A DNA stretch of 40,678 nucleotides from Herbinix sp. (GCA_028701595.1 JAQVQL010000001.1:1-40678), one strand, 5' to 3'. Shown: positions 1-12,315, numbered from the stretch's first letter. The notes: generated by a model from the sequence alone, not told the origin. Made by a program: numbers and translations.

Positions 1-1
1 A

Positions 2-832
2 TACAATATCGGTGTTTTATTTGTAGATGAGGCACAAAGCGGATTGACCCATGAGTATTTTGCATATGTTTTGGACAGCTTCAAGGTTGAGGCAGAAAGC
101 CATGGTTATGATATTACATTTATTAACAAGCATATGGGTCAAAGGAAGATGTCTTATTATGAACATAGTAGATATAGAGGCGTAGATGGTGTTGTAATTG
201 CATGTATAGATTTCTTGGATCCAGATGTATATGAGCTTATTAACAGTAATTTACCTGTTGTTACTATAGATCATGTTTTTAACAACAGAACAGCCATAGT
301 ATCAGATAATGTAAAGGGCATGAGAGATTTAATTACTTACATATACAATAGAGGACACAGAAAGATAGCTTATATTCACGGAGCCGATTCCTCGGTTACT
401 CAAAACCGTGTGGGTAGCTTTTATAAAACCCTCAGTGAATTGAATGTTGATATTTCTGACGAATATGTCAAGGAAGGAATATATCATGATGCTGATACAA
501 CATATGTACTTACTAAGGAATTACTATCTCTCAAAAATCGTCCCACATGCATTATTTTCCCTGATGATTTTTCCTGTATTGGGGGCATCAATGCGATTAA
601 GGACGCTGGATTGTCGATTCCTGATGATATCTCGATTGCAGGTTATGACGGAGTACTGTTATCACAAGTTTTAGATCCAAAGCTTACCACGCTTAAACAG
701 GATACAACGGCATTAGGGAAATACGCGGCAGAAAAGCTTATAGCTCTTATCGATAATCCAAAGGCTAATATTATTGAAAGAGTTGTTGTAGAAGGAAGTC
801 TTCTTTGCGGCGATTCTATAAAGAAAATTTAA
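2..832 (+). CDS. LacI-family transcriptional regulator, 5'-truncated by window start (sugar-binding domain only)
   Basis: Frame is open from base 2 (YNIGVLFVDEAQSGLTHEYF...), so the TTG at 44 is not the real start. Motifs GHRKIAYIHG, IPDDISIAGYD and PKLTTLKQD are typical of the LacI C-terminal domain. Confidence 0.9.
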   Translation, partial: YNIGVLFVDEAQSGLTHEYFAYVLDSFKVEAESHGYDITFINKHMGQRKMSYYEHSRYRGVDGVVIACIDFLDPDVYELINSNLPVVTIDHVFNNRTAIVSDNVKGMRDLITYIYNRGHRKIAYIHGADSSVTQNRVGSFYKTLSELNVDISDEYVKEGIYHDADTTYVLTKELLSLKNRPTCIIFPDDFSCIGGINAIKDAGLSIPDDISIAGYDGVLLSQVLDPKLTTLKQDTTALGKYAAEKLIALIDNPKANIIERVVVEGSLLCGDSIKKI

Positions 833-860
833 TAAGAGATTTTCCGGTCATTTTATGAAA

Positions 861-1012
861 GTAATTCGTATGTGAAACGATGTAGGGGAGTTTTTAACAT
901 ATTAATATTAACAATACATAGAATGGCAGGTGTCTATATTTTTCCTCCTAGCAAAATCCGCTGCCCTCAAAGAGCCTGGGGAGAGTTTGATGAACGGCGG
1001 CGGATGAATTGC
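861..1012 (+). ncRNA. Candidate structured non-coding RNA, family unassigned
   Basis: Stems found by eye: ATAGA/TCTAT 918-937; ATCCGCTGCC 956-965 / GGCGGCGGAT 996-1005; TCAAA 967-971 / TTTGA 986-990; GCAA/TTGC. GC-rich patch in an AT-rich spacer, followed directly by a terminator. Strand is inferred. Confidence 0.4.
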
Positions 1013-1020
1013 AAACTATA

Positions 1021-1055
1021 AAAAGCTATCAATGAATTTCATTGATGGCTTTTTT
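1021..1055 (+). terminator. Intrinsic terminator, probably bidirectional
   Basis: AAAAGCTATCAATGAA-T-TTCATTGATGGCTTTT followed by more T; A-run on the 5' side. Confidence 0.85.
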
Positions 1056-1184
1056 GTAGTGCAGCAATTACCGTATATTACGGACATTGTTATTTATCTG
1101 TCAATTATGTCAGATTTAATATCAATAACAAGTTTATTTCTAGTAAAAGTCTATGCAATATTCGAAATAAAGGGAGGTAACATG

Positions 1185-1213
1185 TTGAATTAAAAACTCA
1201 AATGGGATATAAT
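1185..1213 (+). promoter_or_regulatory. Sigma-A promoter of the V/A-ATPase operon
   Basis: TTGAAT (1185-1190), 17 nt, TATAAT (1208-1213); lies 47 nt before the first ATG. Confidence 0.7.
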
Positions 1214-1260
1214 ACATAAGGCGTTAATTTTGTCTAAAAATCGAATAGTGAGGTGAGCTA

Positions 1261-1569
1261 ATGGCAAAAGAAACAGTACAAGCTGTCCGTAAGGCTGAAA
1301 CATCTGCAGAGAGACTGCTTAAGGATGCACTTATAACAAAGGAGAATTTGATAACTGAGGCACAAGCAAAAGCTAAGGAAATGTCAACTTCTATGTTAAA
1401 AGAAGCACAAAGCAAAGCAGAAAATGATATTAAGGAAGCTGTACGCCGTGGTGATATTATATTAGAGGAAGCAAGAGATGAAGCTGAAAAAGAAGTACAG
1501 CTTCTTATAGAAATGGCGAAAACCAAGGAAGAGGAAGCAATAGATCTGGTTATCTCCAATGTCGTATGA
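1261..1569 (+). CDS. ntpF: V/A-type ATPase peripheral stalk subunit (G/H)
   Basis: 102 aa charged coiled coil rich in E/A/K; first gene of the operon; GAGGTG RBS. Confidence 0.8.
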   Translation: MAKETVQAVRKAETSAERLLKDALITKENLITEAQAKAKEMSTSMLKEAQSKAENDIKEAVRRGDIILEEARDEAEKEVQLLIEMAKTKEEEAIDLVISNVV

Positions 1570-1613
1570 CATAAGAAAAAAGCATAAAATGAGGCAAAGG
1601 AGGTGTATTTGTT

Positions 1614-4119
<2,506 letters not shown>

Positions 4120-4183
4120 GAAAACACATAACCATATATTGCGTAATAAATATTTGCTGCTGAAGCGGCATATGGAGGTTTAA

Positions 4184-4783
4184 ATGACTGGATTAGAAAA
4201 GATTATTAAGGCAATTGAAGCAGATGCCCAAGCTAGCATTGATGGAATCTTTGCCGAGGCAAAGGAAGAAGCCGAGGAGATTCTGTCATTAGCAAAAGAA
4301 GAGGCTGAGCAAGATAAGGTTAAAATTGCCGAAAAGCCGGCATTCGAGGTTAAAGCCATTTTAAGCCGAGCCGAGTCAAGTGCTAAGCTCTTAAAAAGGC
4401 AAATGATTTTGGATGCTAAGCAACAGGTGATTAATGATGTTATCACTAAAGCTAGATATAAGCTCACCAGTCTTTCGGATACCGATTATTTTGATATAAT
4501 CCTGCAAATTGTTAAGAAGCATGCCCATCCACAAGCGGGTATGATTATGTTTTCTCAAGCTGATATAGACCGCATGCCAAAGAAATTTGATAAAAGCATA
4601 GATACAGCCATAAAGGGTATTCAGAATGCATCCCTTACTATATCTAAGGAAAATGCAGCCAAGCTTGATGGTGGTTTTATACTTGTATATGGAGACATAG
4701 AGGAAAACTGTTCTTTTGAAGCATTATTTAATGATGCTAGGGAAGAGCTACAGGATAAAGTAAATGCATTTTTATTCGAATAA
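4184..4783 (+). CDS. ntpE: V/A-type ATPase subunit E
   Basis: MTGLEKII start, coiled coil, GGFILVYGDIEENCSFEALF. Confidence 0.95.
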   Translation: MTGLEKIIKAIEADAQASIDGIFAEAKEEAEEILSLAKEEAEQDKVKIAEKPAFEVKAILSRAESSAKLLKRQMILDAKQQVINDVITKARYKLTSLSDTDYFDIILQIVKKHAHPQAGMIMFSQADIDRMPKKFDKSIDTAIKGIQNASLTISKENAAKLDGGFILVYGDIEENCSFEALFNDAREELQDKVNAFLFE

Positions 4784-4807
4784 TAGGACCGGAAAGTAGG
4801 TGATAGT

Positions 4808-5833
4808 TTGAAAAATAACATGCATTTTTCAAACGGAAAAAACAAAATGCATAACAATAAAGATATTACAGACAAGCAATATATTTATGCTGTTGCTCGC
4901 ATACGCTCGAAGGAGCTGACTTTGTTTGGTAAGTCTGATATCGAACAGCTTATAAGCTGTAGTACTGAAATGGAATGTCTGCGCATTTTGACTGATAAGG
5001 GTTGGGGCAAGGATGGTTCACATACCTCAGAACAGATACTGACTTCAGAAAGAGAAAAGACATGGGAGCTTCTTAAGGAACTTGTAGAGGATATATCTGT
5101 ATTTAATACATTTCTTTACGGGAATGATTATCACAATCTTAAGGCAGCAATTAAGCAGGTATATAGGGGTACAAAAGGCCATAACCTATATATGTCAAAT
5201 TGTACGCTGGATCCAGAAGTGATTATTAAGGCGGTTTCTGAGCACGACTTTTCATTACTTCCAGAGTATATGAGAGATATAGCTGAGGAAGCCTATCAGA
5301 TACAGCTTCGTACAGGTGACAGCCAGCTTTGTGACATAGTTTTAGACAAGGCTGCACTTGATAGTATATATGCCTATGGGAAAGAATCTGGAAATGAGCT
5401 TATATCACAGTATGTGGAGCTGAAGGTTGCCGCTGCTAACATTAATATAGCAATCCGTAGTGTGAAAACTAATAAGGATGAAGAGTTTCTTAAGCGAGCA
5501 CTATCCGAATGTGAAAGTCTTGATATTAATAAGTTAATTGAATGTGCAATAGAGGGTATGGAAGCGATTTATGATTTCTTAGCCACCACAGTTTATTTTG
5601 AGGGTGTACCTGCACTTATGGAATCCTCACAGGCCTTTGAACGCTGGTGTGATAATCTGATAATAAATTATATCAGACCACAGAAGTATAATCCGTTTAC
5701 ACTGTCACCTCTGGCCGCATATCTGTTAGCTAGGGAAAATGAAATTAAGACAGTAAGAATTCTACTTTCGGGTAAGAGAAATGATATATCGGATGATATA
5801 ATCCGGGAAAGATTGAGGGAAATGTATGTATAA
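4808..5833 (+). CDS. ntpC: V/A-type ATPase subunit C (d)
   Basis: YAVARIRSKE and ENEIKTVRILLSGK...IRERLREMYV; TTG start after AGGTGA. Confidence 0.95.
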   Translation: MKNNMHFSNGKNKMHNNKDITDKQYIYAVARIRSKELTLFGKSDIEQLISCSTEMECLRILTDKGWGKDGSHTSEQILTSEREKTWELLKELVEDISVFNTFLYGNDYHNLKAAIKQVYRGTKGHNLYMSNCTLDPEVIIKAVSEHDFSLLPEYMRDIAEEAYQIQLRTGDSQLCDIVLDKAALDSIYAYGKESGNELISQYVELKVAAANINIAIRSVKTNKDEEFLKRALSECESLDINKLIECAIEGMEAIYDFLATTVYFEGVPALMESSQAFERWCDNLIINYIRPQKYNPFTLSPLAAYLLARENEIKTVRILLSGKRNDISDDIIRERLREMYV

Positions 5834-6146
5834 GGTTGCAGTATTAGGCGATCGTGACAGCATATATGGATTTGCCGCGATTGGCCTGGATACCTATCCG
5901 GTTGATAATACCACAGAAGCAGCCAAGAAATTGAAGGAATTGGCTGATGGAAGGTACGCCGTTATATACATAACGGAAGGCCTTCAAGCAGAGCTGGAAA
6001 CGGAGATAGACAATTATATATCCTCACAGCTTCCGGCAATTATACCAATTCCCGGTATATCAGGTAATACCGGTAGGGGAATGAGAAATGTTAAGAAATC
6101 TGTGGAGCGTGCAGTAGGCTCCGATATTATATTTAATAACGATTAA
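5826..6146 (+). CDS. ntpG: V/A-type ATPase subunit F
   Basis: KVAVLGDRDSIYGF, PAIIPIPG, VERAVGSDI. Confidence 0.96.
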   Translation: MYKVAVLGDRDSIYGFAAIGLDTYPVDNTTEAAKKLKELADGRYAVIYITEGLQAELETEIDNYISSQLPAIIPIPGISGNTGRGMRNVKKSVERAVGSDIIFNND

Positions 6147-6177
6147 TCAAAGATGATAAAGTAAAGCAGGTGAAAAT

Positions 6178-7938
6178 ATGAGCAATGGCACCATTAAGAA
6201 AGTGGCCGGTCCCTTGGTAGTTGCAGAAGGCATGCGCGATGCTAATATGTTTGACGTTGTACGTGTAAGTAAGCAACGCCTAATCGGTGAGATTATTGAA
6301 ATTCATGGCGACCAGGCTTCCATCCAGGTTTATGAAGAAACATCAGGACTTGGACCCGGTGAGCCTGTGGAATCAACAGGAACACCTTTAAGTGTTGAAT
6401 TAGGACCAGGGCTTATTGGAGGAATATTTGACGGAATCCAGCGTCCTTTGGTAGATATTATGAAGGCAACTGGAACTAATTTAAAGCGTGGTGTTGAGAT
6501 TCCTTCCCTTAGTAGAGAGAAAAAGTGGCATTTTGTACCGAGCGTTACTGTCGGAACAGAGGTTGAAGCAGGAGATATCATCGGAACCGTAAATGAAACT
6601 GATATTGTTGTACAGAAAATCATGGTTCCAAACGGAATGAAGGGTAGAATAACCTCCATTACCGAAGGTGATTATACTGTTGTTGATACCGTCGCCATAC
6701 TTGAAAAGGATGACGAGACAAAAGAAAATCTTACATTAATGCAAAAATGGCCTGTTCGTCAGGGTAGACCATATAAACAGAAATTATCTCCAGATAAGCC
6801 TATGGTTACAGGACAAAGAGTTATTGACACCCTTTTCCCTATTGCCAAAGGTGGAGTTGCTGCTATTCCAGGACCATTTGGAAGCGGTAAAACGGTAGTT
6901 CAGCATCAGCTGGCTAAGTGGGCTGAGGCTGATATAGTAGTTTACATCGGATGTGGAGAACGAGGAAATGAGATGACAGACGTTCTTAACGAATTTCCGG
7001 AGCTAAAGGATCCTAAGACAGGAAAATCCCTGATGGAGCGTACAGTATTGATTGCCAATACCTCGGACATGCCGGTTGCGGCTCGTGAGGCATCTATCTA
7101 TGTTGGTATTACAATTGCAGAGTATTTCCGAGATATGGGTTATTCTGTAGCTTTGATGGCGGATTCTACATCTCGTTGGGCTGAGGCTCTTCGTGAGATG
7201 TCAGGCCGTCTAGAGGAAATGCCTGGTGAAGAAGGCTATCCCGCATATCTTGCCAGCCGTTTAGCACAGTTTTATGAGAGAGCAGGAAGAGTTATAAGCT
7301 TGGGTAAAGATGGCAGAGAAGGTGCACTATCGGCTATTGGAGCAGTATCTCCTCCCGGTGGTGATATCTCAGAACCGGTATCTCAGGCAACACTACGTAT
7401 AGTTAAGGTGTTCTGGAGCTTGGATGCTAATTTGGCTTACAGAAGACATTTCCCGGCTATCAATTGGCTGACAAGCTATTCCCTATATGATATGGGAAAA
7501 TGGTTTAATGCAAATGTGGATGGCAGTTGGAATGATATGAAGGCTAGAATCATGAGGCTACTTAATGACGAGGCTGAGCTGGATGAGATAGTAAAGTTGG
7601 TAGGTATGGATGCATTATCTGCTCCTGACCGCTTAAAGCTTGAGGCCGCAAGATCCATACGTGAAGACTATCTTCATCAGGATGCCTTCCATGAGGATGA
7701 TACCTATACAAGTCTTGAAAAGCAGTTTATGATGATGGAGCTTATTATGAAGTTCTATGACATTTCACTGGAGAATTTGAGCGATCTTTCTATAGATGAC
7801 TTAGTAACTTTACCGGTCAGGGAAAGAATTGGACGATTCAAATATATAAAGAATGATAAGATTAAGCATGAGTATGATGAAGTCCTTATGCAACTTAAAA
7901 AAGAGATTCATGCACTTGTACAGAAGGAGGAAGCCTAA
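6178..7938 (+). CDS. ntpA: V/A-type ATPase catalytic subunit A
   Basis: Walker [30 protein letters not shown]; no intein. Confidence 0.99.
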   Translation: MSNGTIKKVAGPLVVAEGMRDANMFDVVRVSKQRLIGEIIEIHGDQASIQVYEETSGLGPGEPVESTGTPLSVELGPGLIGGIFDGIQRPLVDIMKATGTNLKRGVEIPSLSREKKWHFVPSVTVGTEVEAGDIIGTVNETDIVVQKIMVPNGMKGRITSITEGDYTVVDTVAILEKDDETKENLTLMQKWPVRQGRPYKQKLSPDKPMVTGQRVIDTLFPIAKGGVAAIPGPFGSGKTVVQHQLAKWAEADIVVYIGCGERGNEMTDVLNEFPELKDPKTGKSLMERTVLIANTSDMPVAAREASIYVGITIAEYFRDMGYSVALMADSTSRWAEALREMSGRLEEMPGEEGYPAYLASRLAQFYERAGRVISLGKDGREGALSAIGAVSPPGGDISEPVSQATLRIVKVFWSLDANLAYRRHFPAINWLTSYSLYDMGKWFNANVDGSWNDMKARIMRLLNDEAELDEIVKLVGMDALSAPDRLKLEAARSIREDYLHQDAFHEDDTYTSLEKQFMMMELIMKFYDISLENLSDLSIDDLVTLPVRERIGRFKYIKNDKIKHEYDEVLMQLKKEIHALVQKEEA

Positions 7939-9314
7939 TGCCAAAAGAATATAGAACCATTAGGGAGGTAGCAGGTCCTCTTATGCTAGTACAGGGTGTT
8001 GAGGACGTTGCCTTCGACGAACTTGCTGAGATTGAACTAGCCAGCGGTGAAAAACGTCGTTGTAGAGTTCTTGAGATTGACGGTGGAAATGCACTTGTAC
8101 AGTTGTTTGAAAGCTCTACCGGAATAAATCTGGCCAGCAGTAAGGTACGTTTTTTAGGTCGAAGCATGGAGCTTGGCGTGTCGGAGGATATGCTTAGCCG
8201 TGTATTTGACGGTTTGGGACGTCCTATTGATAAGGGTCCAGATATTTTACCGGAACAAAGACTTGATATTAACGGACTTCCTATGAATCCCGCAGCAAGA
8301 AATTATCCGCAGGAGTTTATTCAGACAGGAGTATCCGCAATTGACGGATTAAATACATTGGTTCGTGGACAGAAGCTTCCGATATTCTCGGCAAGTGGTC
8401 TTCCACATGCTAATCTGGCGGCTCAGATAGCACGTCAGGCTAAGGTTCGTGGTACCACAGAACCATTTGCTGTTGTATTTGCTGCGATGGGAATTACCTT
8501 TGAAGAGGCAAATTTCTTTACAGAGTCCTTCCGTGAGACCGGTGCTATAGACAGGACGGTTATGTTCGTCAACCTGGCAAATGATCCTGCTATAGAGCGT
8601 ATATCCACACCTCGTATGGCACTTACAGCGGCAGAATATCTTGCATTTGAAAAGGATATGCATGTGCTTGTAATACTTACTGACATTACAAACTATGCAG
8701 ATTCACTTCGAGAAGTATCTGCGGCCAGAAAGGAAGTTCCCGGTCGTCGTGGATACCCCGGATATATGTATACTGACCTTGCATCGCTCTATGAGAGAGC
8801 AGGACGTAAGAAGGGCAAAGCGGGAAGTATCACTATGATTCCGATACTGACCATGCCTGAGGATGATAAGACACATCCTATACCTGACCTTACAGGATAT
8901 ATTACCGAAGGCCAGATTATCCTTAGTCGTGAGCTACATCGTCAAGGAGTTGAGCCCCCAGTAGATGTACTACCATCGCTTTCTCGTCTAAAAGATAAGG
9001 GTATCGGTGAAGGAAAGACAAGAAAAGATCATGCCAATACCATGAACCAGATATTTGCAGCTTATGCTAGAGGAAAAGAAGCAAAAGAGTTGATGGTTGT
9101 TCTTGGTGAAGCAGCTTTAACCGATATTGATAAGCTCTATGCTGGGTTCTCTGATGCATTTGAGAAGGAATATGTATCCCAGGGATATGATACAAATCGT
9201 GATATAGAGGACACCTTAAACCTAGGATGGAAGCTTCTTAATATGCTGCCTAGAGCCGAGCTTAAGAGAATTAAGGATGAGTTACTGGACGAATTCTACG
9301 GCAAAGGAGACTGA
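7938..9314 (+). CDS. ntpB: V/A-type ATPase subunit B
   Basis: [45 protein letters not shown]; TAATG overlap with ntpA. Confidence 0.99.
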   Translation: MPKEYRTIREVAGPLMLVQGVEDVAFDELAEIELASGEKRRCRVLEIDGGNALVQLFESSTGINLASSKVRFLGRSMELGVSEDMLSRVFDGLGRPIDKGPDILPEQRLDINGLPMNPAARNYPQEFIQTGVSAIDGLNTLVRGQKLPIFSASGLPHANLAAQIARQAKVRGTTEPFAVVFAAMGITFEEANFFTESFRETGAIDRTVMFVNLANDPAIERISTPRMALTAAEYLAFEKDMHVLVILTDITNYADSLREVSAARKEVPGRRGYPGYMYTDLASLYERAGRKKGKAGSITMIPILTMPEDDKTHPIPDLTGYITEGQIILSRELHRQGVEPPVDVLPSLSRLKDKGIGEGKTRKDHANTMNQIFAAYARGKEAKELMVVLGEAALTDIDKLYAGFSDAFEKEYVSQGYDTNRDIEDTLNLGWKLLNMLPRAELKRIKDELLDEFYGKGD

Positions 9315-9315
9315 T

Positions 9316-9981
9316 ATGGCTAATACACAAGTAAATCCTACCCGTATGGAATTAACCAGACTTAAGAAAAAGCTGGCTACTGCAACCAGGGGTCATAAGC
9401 TGCTTAAGGATAAAAGAGATGAGCTTATGAGAAGGTTTCTTGATATGGTTAGGGAAAATAAATCCTTGCGTGAAAAGGTCGAAGCCGGAATTCATGCTGC
9501 TAATAAGAATTTTGTATTAGCAAGATCGGTAATGGTTGATGAGATACTTAATGTTTCATTAATGGCACCGAGGCAGGAGGTTTATCTTGATACCTATACT
9601 AAGAATGTAATGAGTGTTGACATACCAGAATTTGAGTATAAGACAAAGACTCCCGATGAGAACGATATTTATCCTTACGGATATGCATTTACATCCAGTG
9701 ATTTGGATGATGCTGTAAAGAGTCTTGCTAATATTCTTCCTGATATGCTAAAGCTTGCGGAGGTAGAAAAATCCTGCCAGCTAATGGCTGCAGAGATAGA
9801 GAAAACCAGACGTAGAGTTAATGCCTTAGAGCATGTCATGATTCCTGATATGCAGCAAAAGATAAAGTACATCGTAATGAAGCTCGATGAGAATGAGCGT
9901 AGCACACAAATCCGCCTAATGAAGGTTAAGGATATGATGCTTGAAGCTGCTCATAATTATAGTGAAAAATACGGTCGTTAA
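9316..9981 (+). CDS. ntpD: V/A-type ATPase subunit D
   Basis: NPTRMEL, GHKLLKDKRDELM, EIEKTRRRVNALE. Start moved to ATG 9316 after the AAGGAG RBS. Confidence 0.98.
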   Translation: MANTQVNPTRMELTRLKKKLATATRGHKLLKDKRDELMRRFLDMVRENKSLREKVEAGIHAANKNFVLARSVMVDEILNVSLMAPRQEVYLDTYTKNVMSVDIPEFEYKTKTPDENDIYPYGYAFTSSDLDDAVKSLANILPDMLKLAEVEKSCQLMAAEIEKTRRRVNALEHVMIPDMQQKIKYIVMKLDENERSTQIRLMKVKDMMLEAAHNYSEKYGR

Positions 9982-9992
9982 TATATGACTAG

Positions 9993-10054
9993 AAAGGCAA
10001 GACAGGGAGACATTTCTTCAAGAAAAGGGGATGTTTCTACTGTCTTGTTTTTTT
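9993..10054 (+). terminator. Long-stem intrinsic terminator of the ATPase operon
   Basis: GGCAAGACAGGGAGACATT pairs with GATGTTTCTACTGTCTTGTT, followed by a T-run. Confidence 0.75.
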
Positions 10055-10158
10055 GAACAAAACAAGAGAAACGTCTTCCTGTCTTTTAATAAGTGAATAT
10101 GACATTAAGTAACGGGAATACTTATGTATATGATTTTTATTATAAGGAGGTCGTTACT

Positions 10159-10773
10159 ATGTCAATAGACTTTAAAGCTAGTCAGACTAAGGATAATCTG
10201 ATGAGAGCCTTTGCCGGCGAGAGTCAAGCCAGAAACCGATATACTTTTGCAGCATCACAAGCTAAGAAAGAGCATCATCATGTAATTGAGGCAATATTCA
10301 GATTTACAGCAGATCAGGAGAAGGAGCATGCGGAAATATTCTATGAGCACCTAAAGGAGCTTGCAGGTGAGAACATTCATGTAGATGGTGCATATCCTGT
10401 GGATATAGCAGATGATGTCTCCAAATTACTTCGTATGGCTCAGCATAATGAATATGAAGAATATGATCCTATCTATAAAAAATTTGGAGATATTGCTAAG
10501 GAAGAGGGCTTTAATAAGGTGGCCGTGTCATTTCATATGATAGCAAAGATAGAAAAGATTCATGGTGATCGTTTCGGTAAGTTTGCCGAGCTACTGGAGG
10601 ATAACAAGCTCTATGTATCGGATGTAGAAACAGGATGGATGTGTTTAAATTGCGGACATGTTCATTGGGGCACTGAAGCTCTAAATGAATGCCCGGTGTG
10701 TCATCATGACAAAGGTTATTTTATTAGACTTGAACTGGCACCATTTCATAATTTGAAATTAGATAAGGAATAG
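10159..10773 (+). CDS. rbr: Rubrerythrin
   Basis: AFAGESQARNRY, EKEHA and EKIH diiron motifs; C-terminal CLNCGH...CPVC rubredoxin-like domain. Start at ATG 10159 after AAGGAGG. Confidence 0.95.
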   Translation: MSIDFKASQTKDNLMRAFAGESQARNRYTFAASQAKKEHHHVIEAIFRFTADQEKEHAEIFYEHLKELAGENIHVDGAYPVDIADDVSKLLRMAQHNEYEEYDPIYKKFGDIAKEEGFNKVAVSFHMIAKIEKIHGDRFGKFAELLEDNKLYVSDVETGWMCLNCGHVHWGTEALNECPVCHHDKGYFIRLELAPFHNLKLDKE

Positions 10774-10897
10774 ATATACAAGAAATCAAAAACACTAGGA
10801 GTAAATCATTAATAAAATGGCCTGGTGTTTTTATTTACCAAATATCAAATATGTAGTAATAAATACCACGTATTATGGAAAAGAATACTACAAGATG

Positions 10898-10926
10898 TTG
10901 ACAACAAACCCTTATGTAGTTATAAT
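10898..10926 (+). promoter_or_regulatory. Consensus sigma-A promoter
   Basis: TTGACA (10898-10903), 17 nt, TATAAT (10921-10926). Confidence 0.85.
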
Positions 10927-10966
10927 ATTTTTAGCACCGGTATAGCAACCGGATATTTTATATTAA

Positions 10967-10986
10967 ATAGTTTGACAATCAAAGTA
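10967..10986. promoter_or_regulatory. FabT (MarR-family)-like operator palindrome
   Basis: ATAGTTTGACAATCAAAGTA with core TTTGA-N3-TCAAA (10971-10983), between promoter and RBS; resembles streptococcal FabT boxes. Confidence 0.6.
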
Positions 10987-11024
10987 AAATTACTTAGGAG
11001 ATATAATAAATTTGGAGGAATGAT

Positions 11025-12080
11025 ATGAATATGAGACCCTTAATTATAGGCAATATAAAATCAAAATACCCGATTATTCAAGGAGGAATGGGGGTAGGCG
11101 TAAGTAGATGGAGACTTGCAGGTACCGTTGCAAGAGAAGGTGGGATAGGAATTATATCCACTGCGCAGATAGGATATGATGAGCCTGAATTTAATAAACA
11201 GCAGATTCCTACAAACTTAATGGCAATTAAGAAGCATATTGATAAGGCAAGAGTAATTGCCGAAGGAGGTATTGTAGGAGTTAATATCATGGTGGCTACT
11301 AAGCAGTATGAAAGCTATGTTAAGGCTGCCTGTGAAGCAGGAGCCGATGTCATTATATCCGGAGCGGGTCTTCCGATAACTCTTCCTGAACTTACCAAGG
11401 GCTTTGATATAAAGATAGCACCGATAGTATCTAGCCTAAAGGCTACTTCGGTTATTTTAAAGATGTGGGACAGAAAATACAATAAAACTGCTGATTTTAT
11501 TGTTGTTGAAGGTCCAAAGGCAGGGGGACATTTAGGATTTACCAAAGAACAGATTGAAAGTATTAGTGATTCTGATTTTGATAATATTATAAAGGAAATA
11601 GTTAAATACGTTAAGGAGTTTGAGGAAAAATATGAAATGGACATTCCTATTATAGTAGCAGGTGGCATATATGACCAAGATGATATTAAGCATGTAATGT
11701 CATTAGGAGCAGACGGGGTACAGATATCAACGAGATTTGTTGTAACAGAGGAATGTGATGCCAGCGATGAATTTAAGCAGGCATATCTTAATGCAAAAAA
11801 AGAAGATATTGAAGTGGTTACCAGTCCTGTCGGTATGCCTGGACGTGCTATACTTAATCCATTCATTAAGAGGACAAGGGAAGGCAGGATTCCTGTTGAT
11901 AAATGCTTTAAATGCTTACAGCGTTGTAATCCCATGGATACACCATATTGCATTACAAAGTCTCTTGTTAATGCCGTCGATGGCAATATTGATGAAGGAC
12001 TTGTGTTTTGCGGTGAGAATGCTTATAGGTTAAATAAAATGACAACAGTTAAGGAAATATTTGAAGAGCTAATATACTAA
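11025..12080 (+). CDS. Nitronate monooxygenase/FabK-superfamily flavoprotein, FabX/UfaA-like with a C-terminal Cys cluster
   Basis: PIIQGGMGVGVS, EGPKAGGHLG, SPVGMPGRA, and CFKCLQRC-x7-C. Confidence 0.85.
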   Translation: MNMRPLIIGNIKSKYPIIQGGMGVGVSRWRLAGTVAREGGIGIISTAQIGYDEPEFNKQQIPTNLMAIKKHIDKARVIAEGGIVGVNIMVATKQYESYVKAACEAGADVIISGAGLPITLPELTKGFDIKIAPIVSSLKATSVILKMWDRKYNKTADFIVVEGPKAGGHLGFTKEQIESISDSDFDNIIKEIVKYVKEFEEKYEMDIPIIVAGGIYDQDDIKHVMSLGADGVQISTRFVVTEECDASDEFKQAYLNAKKEDIEVVTSPVGMPGRAILNPFIKRTREGRIPVDKCFKCLQRCNPMDTPYCITKSLVNAVDGNIDEGLVFCGENAYRLNKMTTVKEIFEELIY

Positions 12081-12186
12081 TTCTATGGCAAGGATTAGGG
12101 TGACAAAGATTATATATTAAAATATTAAAATATTGTTGCGCTGATATGATTGGTTAAGCTATAATTAATATACCATATATTTCATT

Positions 12187-12229
12187 TGTGATTTACATCA
12201 CAGAATATAGTTCCATTATATTCTATAAT
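12187..12229 (+). promoter_or_regulatory. Crp/Fnr-family box with class II promoter geometry
   Basis: TGTGA-TTTACA-TCACA (12187-12202); TATAAT at 12224-12229 puts the box centre at about -41.5; poor -35 (CAGAAT). Confidence 0.7.
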
Positions 12230-12315
12230 TTCTTTTAATAGTATTATTTTCTTATTCAAAACACTGCATAATAATTTAATACATATATTTATTAATTAAT
12301 AAGGAGTAAATGAAT

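Noticed and set aside
861-1012. Assignment of the RNA element to 6S, SRP, ykkC, glycine, ZTP or cyclic-dinucleotide riboswitch families
   Set aside because: Only short partial resemblances; the core conserved motifs of each family were not found by eye.
1224-1559. 111-aa minus-strand ORF, and the many other antisense or nested ORFs in the track (e.g. 11315-11986, 13843-14316, 17534-18001, 31964-32380, 38429-38857)
   Set aside because: Shadows of well-supported genes on the other strand or frame; no recognisable motifs.
10825-11028. 67-aa ORF upstream of the FabX-like gene
   Set aside because: Runs across a consensus promoter and operator; no RBS.
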